In this document: piece by piece, positions 21,072 to 31,101 of the stretch | Layout of the letters: the number at the start of each line of letters is the position of its first letter | Numbering within the stretch: the first letter of the stretch is position 1 | Source of the DNA: a virus | IMG/VR virus record: IMGVR_UViG_3300027804_000039 | Coordinates: 1 to 64,000 of that record | DNA: 64,000 nucleotides | Reading direction: 5' to 3' (one strand) | The notes under the pieces: model-generated | What the model was told of the DNA's origin: nothing | Database searches by the model: none | The model's input: only the letters and a program-made list of their open reading frames with translations | Made by a program: the position numbers and the translations under genes

Positions 21072-22142
21072 ATGACATTTTATAACTTGATAGATGAGAT
21101 TGATATCGAGCATAGTTCTATTTGTAATGCCGCATGTCCTCAATGTACTAGAGAATTCAAACCTGGAGACTACTCTTGGTTTGCACAAACTTGGCTTCCG
21201 ACTGAGTTCTACGAAGAACGAATTCCACAAGAAGTGTACGACAATTTAAAAAACATCTATTTTAGCGGAATGGTAGGCGATCCATGTACTGCTCCAAACT
21301 TTTTAGAAGTTTGTAAGATTATAAGAAGAAAAGCACCGCATGTTTATATTACTGTAAGCACAAACGGTGGAATGAAGAGTCCAAAATTTTGGACAGAACT
21401 CGCCGAAGTTTTTGGGGACAAGGGGACAGTAAAATTTGCCATCGACGGTTTAGAAGATACTAACCACATCTACCGTGTTAACGTGAGATGGAATAATGTC
21501 ATGGCCAATGTCAAAGCATATAGGGATGCTGGCGGCAAAGCAGACTGGCAGTTTATTGTTTTTAAGCATAATGAACATCAAGTAGAAGAAGCAGAACGTT
21601 TTGCTAAGAGTTTAGGATTTGAACATTTTATTTTTAAACGCAGTAATAAATTTTTAGTTGACGATTTGTTTGAACTAACCAATCAGGGCAGTAACGGAAT
21701 TAAAATAGAGCCGCCAGCTCAAGAAGACTATGTACATCCTTTGATTTTTCAAAAGGATAGAGTTAGTCGTGTCAATGAAGCGTTAAAGATAACTGAGCCT
21801 AGCCCTATATCGTGCGAAGCACAACAAAGAAAGACTTGTTATATTTCAGCAGAAGGATACTTCTTTCCTTGCGTATATACTGCAACTAGTGTACACTTAT
21901 ACAAGTTTAAACCCCTACCAGATAAGTTTTTAGAAATATGGGAAGCACACGGCGGTGATAAGATTAACTTACTTAAAACAAATTGGAACGATGTAGTACA
22001 TGGAGAGTTCGTTAGTAAGATTGCCGAAGGGTGGAGCAAAACATATAAAGAAGGACGATTGTCCGCTTGCGGTTTATTTTGTAGCAAGTCAAGTGCTAGA
22101 ATTTTTGATCCGTGCGTAGTTAAGGAAATCGAGAATGTATAA
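21072..22142 (+). CDS. radical SAM/SPASM protein
   Basis: CNAACPQC; resembles 9085..10134. Confidence 0.9.
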   Translation: MTFYNLIDEIDIEHSSICNAACPQCTREFKPGDYSWFAQTWLPTEFYEERIPQEVYDNLKNIYFSGMVGDPCTAPNFLEVCKIIRRKAPHVYITVSTNGGMKSPKFWTELAEVFGDKGTVKFAIDGLEDTNHIYRVNVRWNNVMANVKAYRDAGGKADWQFIVFKHNEHQVEEAERFAKSLGFEHFIFKRSNKFLVDDLFELTNQGSNGIKIEPPAQEDYVHPLIFQKDRVSRVNEALKITEPSPISCEAQQRKTCYISAEGYFFPCVYTATSVHLYKFKPLPDKFLEIWEAHGGDKINLLKTNWNDVVHGEFVSKIAEGWSKTYKEGRLSACGLFCSKSSARIFDPCVVKEIENV

Positions 22143-23664
22143 TGTAGTCCTCTTTGCCGATACTCCAGGTGTTGACTGGTTCAGCCGAGGTTACGGTGCT
22201 TATAGGCTTGCCAGTGAAATTAGGAAAGCGGGTTATACTGTACTTGTTGTCGACTTTACATCGGCAATGAGTTTTGATTTGTTCAAAGAAATCATTGACA
22301 AAACTGTATCGGATCAAACACTATTAGTTGGCTTTAGTACTACTTGGTTTCCTTATAGACATGATGCTAGACCAAACAGTAGGTATAGTGTAGGTACCAG
22401 GACTCTTCAGAAGCCGTCACCGTGGGACGACTTTAGTGTTGAAGAACACGATTGGTATCGTAACAGTTTAAGTTACAGATTCAGTGGAGATGGCATAGAG
22501 GACTACGTAGACTATATTAGATCTAAAAATAAAAAGACCAAGGTAGTTATTGGTGGCGGAAAAAGTTACGAATATATAACTGAGCCTAGTGTTGATAATG
22601 TATTCATTGGATACAGTGAAAATCAAATGATTGATTATTTGCACAGTATTAGCGGTAAAGGACCTAAAAGGTTATTTAATAAGATTATTAATTACGATAT
22701 AAAAGCACAGAGCGGAGACTTTATATTCAACGAAGCTATTACAGAATATCAAGATTCTGATGGTATAACATCAGAAGAAGTTCTTACTATTGAGTTTAGT
22801 CGAGGCTGTATTTTCAATTGTAGTTTTTGCAGTTATCCACACAGAGGACAAAGTACAAGAGAATATGTAAAGTATCAAGAAGTCATTAGAAAAGAAATGA
22901 TGGACAACTGGGAAAAATGGGGAACCTATAAGTACTTGATTACCGACGATACTTTTAATGATTACACAGATAAGTTAAGATTAATCAATGAAGTAATACA
23001 AACACTTCCGTTCAAACCGCAGTTCTGGGCATATTTAAGGATGGATCTTATATCTGCAAACCCAGAGCAAGCACAGTTAATAAAAGACATTGGCATTGTA
23101 GAAGCATACTGGGGATTAGAAACTTGGTGTGATGCAACTGCTAAAGCAGTTAAAAAAGGCGGGAGTCATAAAAAGAAAATTGAAGGTTTAAAGATAGCTA
23201 AAGAGTGTTGGGGCGATAGTTTATACTTAACAGCAGGCATAGTTATTGGATTACCTAAAGATACAATTGAAAGTGTTAAAGCAGTTAGTCACTGGTATGT
23301 GGAAGAAGGTCACAAGTATATTGATTTATTAACCTTCTGGCCGTTAAGTCTTAGAGCAAATACTGATCTTGACCAGTATATGTTCTTGTCTGAAATTGAG
23401 ATGAATTTAGAAAAGTTTGGATATAATGTTCCAAACGACTTAACTTGGACTAGAAGTGACGAAGGCGATATTACTTCTAAAGAACAAGCCGATGCATTAA
23501 TGTTTGAATGCAACGATATTGTCAAAAATTACTGGACTATCAAAAGAGTAGTTTGGGACTATAGTCATTTAGAAAAAATGTGGCCCAGTAGTTCACGGAC
23601 AGAAACTGTATATAACTATATTACAAAACACTATTATCCTAATTTGCTAAAGCATTTAAGATAA
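22135..23664 (+). CDS. B12-binding-domain radical SAM protein
   Basis: SRGCIFNCSFC, DDTFND; resembles 18786..20279. Confidence 0.85.
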   Translation: MYNVVLFADTPGVDWFSRGYGAYRLASEIRKAGYTVLVVDFTSAMSFDLFKEIIDKTVSDQTLLVGFSTTWFPYRHDARPNSRYSVGTRTLQKPSPWDDFSVEEHDWYRNSLSYRFSGDGIEDYVDYIRSKNKKTKVVIGGGKSYEYITEPSVDNVFIGYSENQMIDYLHSISGKGPKRLFNKIINYDIKAQSGDFIFNEAITEYQDSDGITSEEVLTIEFSRGCIFNCSFCSYPHRGQSTREYVKYQEVIRKEMMDNWEKWGTYKYLITDDTFNDYTDKLRLINEVIQTLPFKPQFWAYLRMDLISANPEQAQLIKDIGIVEAYWGLETWCDATAKAVKKGGSHKKKIEGLKIAKECWGDSLYLTAGIVIGLPKDTIESVKAVSHWYVEEGHKYIDLLTFWPLSLRANTDLDQYMFLSEIEMNLEKFGYNVPNDLTWTRSDEGDITSKEQADALMFECNDIVKNYWTIKRVVWDYSHLEKMWPSSSRTETVYNYITKHYYPNLLKHLR

Positions 23665-24881
23665 TCTGTGCTCCGTGTTTTATCATAAAGTTTTAAAACT
23701 CGTTCTCTTTCTTTAGAAACTTCTTCAGTGTTGCTAACTGGAGTGTACATAAAATTATCAATCGATTTTACTAAGTTTAGCATATCAGGATTTTCTCTAA
23801 ATATTTTATAGTTAGAATTCTTAACCAGATACTCGTTAACAATTTTAGAAATTTCTTTCTTTTTGTCTGTGCTCAAATACTGAATGTTAAAATAATCAGG
23901 GTACATGACAAATTGAAAATTTATAATAAATCTTTTCTTATACTCCTGGCTTAGTAGTTCCCAGTGATCAAATATTTCTGGCAAGTCAAAAATATTAAAT
24001 ATGCTCCACGTGGTGCTTAATTTAATTTCTATTTGACTATTTGACATCAACGTTTTAAGATTATTATAAAAATGGTTGTAGTTTGCAGGATACCGAATAT
24101 AGTTAAACTTAACAGGATCAACATGGTCATAACTGACCATAATAATAGGATGTTTAAAACTACTGAAATACTTTATTATCTTTGGATTGATTGTTGTTAA
24201 ATTTGTAATCATGGACAACATCATATTTTGAGAATATCCTTGGTCAACACAATGCTTGATGAGCTCAAGTGCTACTGGATTAACTAACGGTTCTCCTCCT
24301 ACTAAGTTTAATTCTTTTGAAACACTTAGGCTAGGATCTAAATTTTTAATTACAGAATCAACATTGATGTTTTTAGGATTATACTCGTCCAAAGATATAT
24401 TAAGTTTTTTGAGTCTTTCGTCAAACAATTTAATTAGAGTTGGGGGCGTTTCTCCTTGCTCAATCCATTGCTCGACTTCTTCTTGATGCTGACTACTGGC
24501 TCCTGGATAACATGTAATACACTTTAAGTTACACAATGTGCCTACTTTAATGTTAAGCATAGTAGGCAACTGTTCAACTACTCCTTCAGTATAAAATCCT
24601 TCTAGTTCTTTTATACTCTGCTGTCGTTTACTAAACACCCCAGATGCTTCGTGTTTCCAGCAAGTTTGACAAGTCTCATTTTCAACTCCGTCAAGTAAAT
24701 CCTGTCTAAGTTGTTTATAAAAGTCACTGTTCCATACTTCTACAATGCTGTCCTTTCGCATATTATAAGAAGTACCGTCCTCTTTTAGTATTGCTGTTTC
24801 TTCGCTGTAGCAACACACACGATAGTTTCCATCGTTAGTTGAGCTTATGTGTACGAAAGGTAATGGACAAAATTTACTCAT
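23634..24881 (-). CDS. radical SAM protein with N-terminal twitch/SPASM domain
   Basis: CPLPF...RVCC, CNLKCITC, VGGEP. Confidence 0.9.
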   Translation of the reverse strand: MSKFCPLPFVHISSTNDGNYRVCCYSEETAILKEDGTSYNMRKDSIVEVWNSDFYKQLRQDLLDGVENETCQTCWKHEASGVFSKRQQSIKELEGFYTEGVVEQLPTMLNIKVGTLCNLKCITCYPGASSQHQEEVEQWIEQGETPPTLIKLFDERLKKLNISLDEYNPKNINVDSVIKNLDPSLSVSKELNLVGGEPLVNPVALELIKHCVDQGYSQNMMLSMITNLTTINPKIIKYFSSFKHPIIMVSYDHVDPVKFNYIRYPANYNHFYNNLKTLMSNSQIEIKLSTTWSIFNIFDLPEIFDHWELLSQEYKKRFIINFQFVMYPDYFNIQYLSTDKKKEISKIVNEYLVKNSNYKIFRENPDMLNLVKSIDNFMYTPVSNTEEVSKERERVLKLYDKTRSTDYLKCFSKLG

Positions 24882-25515
24882 ATACTTTTTTATAAATCTC
24901 TGGCAAAGGATCTCCAGGCCATTTTATGTAATCGTTAAAGGCGTGTTTAATCAACACGGACATATCTAGTCTTCCATCAACGCTTAGATTCTCTACTAAT
25001 GCCAATCTGTCATCGTTGAGTACAGGCTTGTAAAAGTCCATACCAATTGGTTGCTCTGAGTATTCGCTAGTACTATAAAATACAAAAGCATGAAGTATAT
25101 CGTTATCGTCGGTGTAAAAACACTTTGGATAGAAATTAGGCTTGTATAGTTTTTCTTTGTGCAAGTCTTTTACAATTTGTTCTAGTTGTGCTTTGTAGTT
25201 TTTAGGTAAGTAACTTTCAGCAGTATTATTGTACCATTTAAAAACAATTCGTTTTGCATACGGATTAATTTCAAGAATCTTAGGAGCCCAATTGTAGTGC
25301 AATATCTTTAACAACATATTCTTTTCTCTGTTAAAGCTAGACTCAATTAATTCAGCAGGATATTTTTTGCTCGTTGGATTAAAATTCATACAGGCAGTTG
25401 TGCCGTTAATTTCCAAAAAGAATATACCCTGGTCGATTATTTCCATCATGTATTTACTATGCCATAAATACCTCATGGATAATAATGAAGCACTGGTTCG
25501 TTGGTTGTTTGCCAA
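24874..25515 (-). CDS. hypothetical protein, possibly kinase-like fold
   Basis: Paralogous pattern with 30397..31101 (RE..L, P.I..I, S YF..D..L..FY). Confidence 0.45.
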   Translation of the reverse strand: MANNQRTSASLLSMRYLWHSKYMMEIIDQGIFFLEINGTTACMNFNPTSKKYPAELIESSFNREKNMLLKILHYNWAPKILEINPYAKRIVFKWYNNTAESYLPKNYKAQLEQIVKDLHKEKLYKPNFYPKCFYTDDNDILHAFVFYSTSEYSEQPIGMDFYKPVLNDDRLALVENLSVDGRLDMSVLIKHAFNDYIKWPGDPLPEIYKKVYE

Positions 25516-26113
25516 ACCAGAACGTATAGATTGGTTAGAATTAAAGGTACCATTTGATATAAGTCAATGGGAAGAGGAAGCCAAACAAGTAGAACCTTAC
25601 TATGTTTCTCACAGAGGTTCAGAAGAACATGATGGTTGGACTAGTTGCTGTTTACACGGGCTTGGTGTTGATAAAACAAACGGATACGAGTTTTATCAAG
25701 ACACTGATAACGGATACAATTGGACAGAATTAACTAAACTTGCTCCAAGTATAACACAATTTTGGAAGTCATTTCCAGCAGAGTCTTACAAAAGAATTCG
25801 CTTTATGAAATTAGCCGCAGGCGGCAGAATTAATTTACATAGAGACTGCGAGCCCGATGACCTACAAGGGTTTGATCCGTTTGAACACGACTTTGCTTTA
25901 AATGTAGCAATTATACAACCACAAGATTGTATCATGACAGTTGACGGGAAAACAGTACCTTGGGTTTCAGGCATGAGTATACTTTTAAATGTGAGCAAAG
26001 ATCACGAAGTAATTAATAACAGCAATCAGGATAGGATTCATATGATTGCACATTTTAAAGTAGGAAATAAAAAGGACGAGTTCTGCGAACTTGTCAGTAG
26101 GAGTAGAACGTGA
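25367..26113 (+). CDS. Fe(II)/2OG oxygenase (Asp/Asn beta-hydroxylase-like)
   Basis: RIRFMKL, HRD...H, RIHMI; likely start at 25475. Confidence 0.75.
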   Translation: MLVGLKFIQAVVPLISKKNIPWSIISIMYLLCHKYLMDNNEALVRWLFAKPERIDWLELKVPFDISQWEEEAKQVEPYYVSHRGSEEHDGWTSCCLHGLGVDKTNGYEFYQDTDNGYNWTELTKLAPSITQFWKSFPAESYKRIRFMKLAAGGRINLHRDCEPDDLQGFDPFEHDFALNVAIIQPQDCIMTVDGKTVPWVSGMSILLNVSKDHEVINNSNQDRIHMIAHFKVGNKKDEFCELVSRSRT

Positions 26114-27192
26114 TCAAATACGGAAATACAAATCACAGTGACATTCTAGTGTGCGTATTGGATCAAATTGACCAATGCGTACCTTCTTCTCGTAATTTAA
26201 TTAAAAATGTAAGCGATCAAACACTTTTTAAATTAAGTGAAAAATTTTTTATAGTAGTAAGTAAAGACTTAGAAGAGATGCTTATGTTTGCTAAAGCATT
26301 TTTTAAAGCAGCAGTTATTGTTCCTACGGGTATTGACATTCTTGATGTTAGTGTAGTTGATATAGAATTAACAGATAAATTTCAAATTATAAATTTAAAA
26401 GATAAAGCTAAAGACATTCTGTTGCACAAAGCAAACAAGATGGATTTAGCTAATAATATTTTTTATGTTGACGGGTCTACCGAGGAAGCATTTGAAAAAA
26501 GCCTAGAGTGGCAAAACAAAAAATTTAGTTTAGGGCATGGCGCATTCTTTTATCCGGTTAATAACGAGCCAATGCATGATTTACAAATGCCAAAAATACA
26601 ACAATTAGTTACACCTGCGGCAGGACTTAACTGGGTTAATTATTTAAATCGATACGGCTATGACGAGAATACTACAGTTCGTTTTTATGATTATAGTTAC
26701 CTAGCATTAGATTGTATGAAAGAAGTTGTTTTACATTACAATGGTGGATCCTATAAAGATTTTATTATGAAACTAGGTCGTAGTAAATTTAGATTTATAG
26801 GAAGAGAATGGGATTACGGCTTTGCTAGTATGTATAACGATAACGAACCAGAGAACTGGTTGCATATTGTTAACACAGTTAAATTTGATTTCGTTCATAT
26901 TAATGTACTTGAAAATTTTGATGTAAAGAGTTTAGTAGATGATTGCCCAGGAACGTTTGTTAATTTCAGTAACATATTCAGCTATTACTTAACTAGTGCA
27001 TTTTACAGTTTAAAGACAAGACTCGATGCTGAACAACGAATTATAAATGACTTAATGAGTTACGATTGCTATGTTGGTTTTGTTACAAGAGCCGGAAATG
27101 TTTATAACAAAGATCCACAACTTGCAGGACATATTAGCAAATTTAATAACGTTGAAAAATTACAGTTGCCTACATGGTATGAAACTAATTGA
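26110..27192 (+). CDS. hypothetical protein
   Basis: 360 aa ORF, operonic. Confidence 0.6.
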   Translation: MIKYGNTNHSDILVCVLDQIDQCVPSSRNLIKNVSDQTLFKLSEKFFIVVSKDLEEMLMFAKAFFKAAVIVPTGIDILDVSVVDIELTDKFQIINLKDKAKDILLHKANKMDLANNIFYVDGSTEEAFEKSLEWQNKKFSLGHGAFFYPVNNEPMHDLQMPKIQQLVTPAAGLNWVNYLNRYGYDENTTVRFYDYSYLALDCMKEVVLHYNGGSYKDFIMKLGRSKFRFIGREWDYGFASMYNDNEPENWLHIVNTVKFDFVHINVLENFDVKSLVDDCPGTFVNFSNIFSYYLTSAFYSLKTRLDAEQRIINDLMSYDCYVGFVTRAGNVYNKDPQLAGHISKFNNVEKLQLPTWYETN

Positions 27193-27682
27193 AATTACAG
27201 TAAACGATCATAACGAAGACAATCAGCTTCGTGCTATACCAGTTGAGTATGAGTATGCTATTGTTACTCGTGCTGGGCATTCTTTTTTAGATAAAGAATT
27301 GTTTATTAAAGAATTAGAAAACAAAAGATTTTTTATTATAGGTCATGTTCTTGATAGAGAACTTGTTAAGGGCTATTACGAGCTGCATGTGCAATGTTAT
27401 GTTATTCATTTGCCAACATACAGAGAATTAGGATGTCCTAGCATCGGACAACAACAGTTTCACGCCCCGCATATACAAGTATCTCCAAAACGTAGCGATG
27501 AGAACTACCACGATGATTATACACCTTGGTGGGTGGAATCAGGAACAAGTAAAAGGCAGTACGAACACAAAGCACACGGCTGGAATGTTTTGAGTATTGC
27601 TTTTGAAAAAAAATTACCTGTACTAGTTTTTAATAGTGCTATGCGTAAAACAAAGGAATTCAATTATGAAATTAATAGGTAA
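27071..27682 (+). CDS. hypothetical protein
   Basis: Likely start at 27179, overlapping the upstream stop. Confidence 0.55.
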   Translation: MLVLLQEPEMFITKIHNLQDILANLITLKNYSCLHGMKLIEITVNDHNEDNQLRAIPVEYEYAIVTRAGHSFLDKELFIKELENKRFFIIGHVLDRELVKGYYELHVQCYVIHLPTYRELGCPSIGQQQFHAPHIQVSPKRSDENYHDDYTPWWVESGTSKRQYEHKAHGWNVLSIAFEKKLPVLVFNSAMRKTKEFNYEINR

Positions 27683-28220
27683 TACTGGCGACAGCATTCT
27701 ATGGGACGCTGTTATTGAAAGTTGTTCTAAACACAAAGGTCAAACTCTAATTTATGATAGAGGTGCGTTTCCCAAAACTGAAGACTTTGACAAAATGGAT
27801 GCCATGATGCAAAAAGCAGGATATCAGTACGGAACAGATGCAGTTGAATGGACAAACTTTTTTCCAGGAGAACACTTTGATCAGATAGTTGCAGATGCGT
27901 TTGCAAAGATAGTCAATGCAACTCCTTGGATGGTTTGGATAAGCAAGATACGCCCAGGAAAAATTACACCGTGGCATTGGGACGCACATCAAGCCATAGT
28001 TGAATTTAAAAAGTTACCTAACCCTGTTCGGTATACTTGTTATATACAACAGCCGCACGACGGCCATGTTAGTATTGTCGAGGATACTGTTATATACAAA
28101 CCCAAGCAAGGATCTATATATCAATGGCCCACATGCTATTCGTGGCATGCAGGTTTAAACTGTGGGTATGCCGACAAGTATATGTTTAACTTCTGGGGAT
28201 ATCAATCGCAGACTGAATGA
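27636..28220 (+). CDS. Fe(II)/2OG oxygenase-like (cupin) protein
   Basis: HWD...WHAG; likely start at 27666. Confidence 0.65.
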   Translation: MLCVKQRNSIMKLIGNTGDSILWDAVIESCSKHKGQTLIYDRGAFPKTEDFDKMDAMMQKAGYQYGTDAVEWTNFFPGEHFDQIVADAFAKIVNATPWMVWISKIRPGKITPWHWDAHQAIVEFKKLPNPVRYTCYIQQPHDGHVSIVEDTVIYKPKQGSIYQWPTCYSWHAGLNCGYADKYMFNFWGYQSQTE

Positions 28221-28965
28221 TTAAACACCATTTTGCATCAAAGCCGTGTTTTTTCCAGTCATTGCTACAATGTAGTCTGTAAGCGTCCATTGTCATCATA
28301 GACTGTCGCTTCCAAGGAAAAACAGTTTCTAAACTTAGACCTTCCAGTGCTTGTTCTGTATGCTGGCTAACATGGTCATAGTTTGACATATCAAACAGTT
28401 TGTTTGTTTTTAACTCTACATCAAATATCTCAGCACCGTATGCTCTACGATACTGATACTGTTCAAACATAACTGTACTGATACCAGACCAGTCATCTGT
28501 AAATTTTCCATCACGTTCTGCTGCTAACGGAATTACGTAAGTAAATGACGGCAATCTATCTGGCCAATTGTAAACATGATCTGTATGCAATGGCAAACTA
28601 TTAACTGCTCTACGCACAAACATGTTGTCTATTTTAAAGTCGCCTCTGACAGCTTTGATTTTATCTACAGTTAATTCCATAATTCTATTGTAGTTAGGAT
28701 ACTCTGGATTAATATTTGCTAGAGCACTCCCTCCTTCCCAAAACAAATGCCATGTAGGGTTGTCTACAATTAAACTAGTAAGCTCTTTAAATTCTTCTGG
28801 TGTTAAAAACTCTTCTACTTTGCTAGAATGTTTTCTTTGACGCATCATATCAATTCGTTGTTCGTCGAAATCAATTTTCTGATGTTCTTTCCAAGCAGTG
28901 AATACTTCTAAGCAGTAATCAAAACCAGGTTGATCCTTATACATTACTGGAGGTGCATCGCTCAT
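28186..28965 (-). CDS. Fe(II)/2OG oxygenase-like protein
   Basis: LHTD...LHCS. Confidence 0.6.
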   Translation of the reverse strand: MSDAPPVMYKDQPGFDYCLEVFTAWKEHQKIDFDEQRIDMMRQRKHSSKVEEFLTPEEFKELTSLIVDNPTWHLFWEGGSALANINPEYPNYNRIMELTVDKIKAVRGDFKIDNMFVRRAVNSLPLHTDHVYNWPDRLPSFTYVIPLAAERDGKFTDDWSGISTVMFEQYQYRRAYGAEIFDVELKTNKLFDMSNYDHVSQHTEQALEGLSLETVFPWKRQSMMTMDAYRLHCSNDWKKHGFDAKWCLIIQSAIDIPRS

Positions 28966-29588
28966 ATCTTACCTGTTATTTTTAATAGTTCTGGCACATC
29001 TTCAATTTCAACTTTAAAGAACAAATGTACTCTAATTTCATTGCTTTGATTTAATACTGAGTGTTGCTGTGTTGTATTCCATGCATATATGCTGCCATCT
29101 GCTGGATAGTGTTCCCAATACACTGGCTCTTTGTTTTCGTTGTCCCATGTTAGAAAACTTTTTTCAGGACTGTACAAAGGCAAGTGTATATGCCAATGAC
29201 TATCTTGATGAGAAACTATACCTCCGCCAGGCGGCGTTTCACTTAGACTTAGCCATTTTGCCATTGGAATTTTCTTTAGTAGTTTTTCTGCAAAACCAAA
29301 AACCATTGGATTATCTTTTCTTAAAATAGGATTGTACGTGTCAACAATCCACGGAGCGCATACATCGTCTGTTTCTAAATGAGATTGTATGGCCCAACCG
29401 CCTGGATGCATCTCGTAAGCAACATTTTCAAATCCATACCATGCTTCTTTTGTAAGACGCTTTTCTCCCTCGTATACATTCCAACGTTTGTCAGCAAAAT
29501 CTTTTTTTAAAATTTCGTAGTATTCCTTAGCTTCGTCTAGGTCAGCATATACTTGTAATTTAATTGCTAGTTCGTCTAATGGTTTCAT
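28962..29588 (-). CDS. Fe(II)/2OG oxygenase (Asp/Asn beta-hydroxylase-like)
   Basis: HQD, HLPL, HSV, RVHL. Confidence 0.7.
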   Translation of the reverse strand: MKPLDELAIKLQVYADLDEAKEYYEILKKDFADKRWNVYEGEKRLTKEAWYGFENVAYEMHPGGWAIQSHLETDDVCAPWIVDTYNPILRKDNPMVFGFAEKLLKKIPMAKWLSLSETPPGGGIVSHQDSHWHIHLPLYSPEKSFLTWDNENKEPVYWEHYPADGSIYAWNTTQQHSVLNQSNEIRVHLFFKVEIEDVPELLKITGKI

Positions 29589-30388
29589 TAATAACTCTCT
29601 ATATGGTCTACACCCAGTTGTTTACGGAATGCCTCGGTAAACTTTCCATCAATCCTTAACCCATAACTTTGTTCCATAATTCTTTCGCCGCCGTGCCAAT
29701 CAGTATCATTCCACCAAGCTGCTCGACAATTAATATAAGTCTTGTTTTTATTTTCTGGATCCCATAAGTAAAATGCTTTCTTAGTATTAGGGCGAATGTG
29801 TATGAATTCGTTACGATGAGGTTTGACAATATTCATGCCGTTTTTAGCGTCCAAGTCTCTGTGTTCAAAAGGAATACCGTCTGCTTCACAATGAAAGAAT
29901 ATAACACGGCCGATATCTTGAAATATAGTTCCTACCATGCTCTCGACCCATTTGACTACATTAGGAAAGTATTGTGCTTCTTCCGTTAGTTTACGAGGCG
30001 CTGTTCTATCATCCCAGGATCCTTCTTCCCACAGAAAATAATATATGTAAGGATCGTATGCGCCCATGGCCATTTTAAGAAAACGTGTGAGTTTATTACG
30101 CATTTTGTAATCGCCAAAGTCTTTACAAAACTCACTACCAGCTAGTTTAATTGGATCGTTGTTGTCCAGAGCCATAAATTCTTCGAGGGCTTGGTACATT
30201 GGTTTCCAATTTGGAATGTAGCTCATATTTTCAAATGTAAATCCTGGCTTCATCCATGTACCTTCTTTTGCATACATTCTTGCTTCTGCAAACCCTGTGA
30301 TAATTTCTGGTTGCAGTTCTTGAAATTTAGCCATATCAATATACTGTTCCATATTGAAATAAGGTTGGCCGTTAATACCTCTTAACAT
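29588..30388 (-). CDS. Fe(II)/2OG oxygenase-like protein
   Basis: GRVIFF, EHRD, WHGG, LRIDG. Confidence 0.55.
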   Translation of the reverse strand: MLRGINGQPYFNMEQYIDMAKFQELQPEIITGFAEARMYAKEGTWMKPGFTFENMSYIPNWKPMYQALEEFMALDNNDPIKLAGSEFCKDFGDYKMRNKLTRFLKMAMGAYDPYIYYFLWEEGSWDDRTAPRKLTEEAQYFPNVVKWVESMVGTIFQDIGRVIFFHCEADGIPFEHRDLDAKNGMNIVKPHRNEFIHIRPNTKKAFYLWDPENKNKTYINCRAAWWNDTDWHGGERIMEQSYGLRIDGKFTEAFRKQLGVDHIESY

Positions 30389-30396
30389 ATCTATCC

Positions 30397-31101
30397 TTGA
30401 TAATTAAATGTATGAATTACGAATACTATTATAACAATGTGCCTGGACACGGGTTATGTCGCAATAATCTTATTTACACTAGTTTAATGAGTACTGATAA
30501 AAAAGTCTTTGTACAACATTATACAACAGAAGGAGATTATCATAAAGGGCAGAACCAAGTAGTAGATCCTTCTAAAATGACAGCTAAATGGTTGCGAGAA
30601 GTTAACTACCTTACCCAAATGCGTAATAGATATCCTGAACTTGTTCCAACAATTATCAATATAGATTTAGAAAGACAAAAACTATTCTTACAAGTAGATG
30701 GTCCTGACTTTTGGGAAATGTCAAAATGCAATAGTGCCAATTTTGATGAAGTATTACCCAACTGGCAAGACCAAATGCTGAACATTATTAAAGCACACAA
30801 GTCTTTAGGATTATACAAATACAGTATGCATCCTAGTAGCTATTTTGTAGTAGACGGAAAGTTAAAAAGTATCAACTACTTCTTCACTTATAACGGTAAT
30901 GAAGGTCCTATTACTATTGCTGATCATGCTAGTCACATTTATAGTACTAGACAAGACGAAATGAAAAAATATATTTCAGAATTAGGAATTGGTTGGGATC
31001 AACCTCAACCGTTGCCACTCATGGAAAAACTCTGTTGGAATAGTTTTAGAACTAACTACCCAACAGAGTTTATTGAAAAGGTACTTGCTATATTAGAATA
31101 A
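30397..31101 (+). CDS. hypothetical protein, possibly kinase-like fold
   Basis: Paralog-like to 24874..25515. Confidence 0.45.
   Translation: MIIKCMNYEYYYNNVPGHGLCRNNLIYTSLMSTDKKVFVQHYTTEGDYHKGQNQVVDPSKMTAKWLREVNYLTQMRNRYPELVPTIINIDLERQKLFLQVDGPDFWEMSKCNSANFDEVLPNWQDQMLNIIKAHKSLGLYKYSMHPSSYFVVDGKLKSINYFFTYNGNEGPITIADHASHIYSTRQDEMKKYISELGIGWDQPQPLPLMEKLCWNSFRTNYPTEFIEKVLAILE

Noticed and set aside
6663-31101. Enzyme island as an element integrated at the tRNA-like gene
   Set aside because: No integrase, and no duplicated tRNA 3' end was seen at the far border.
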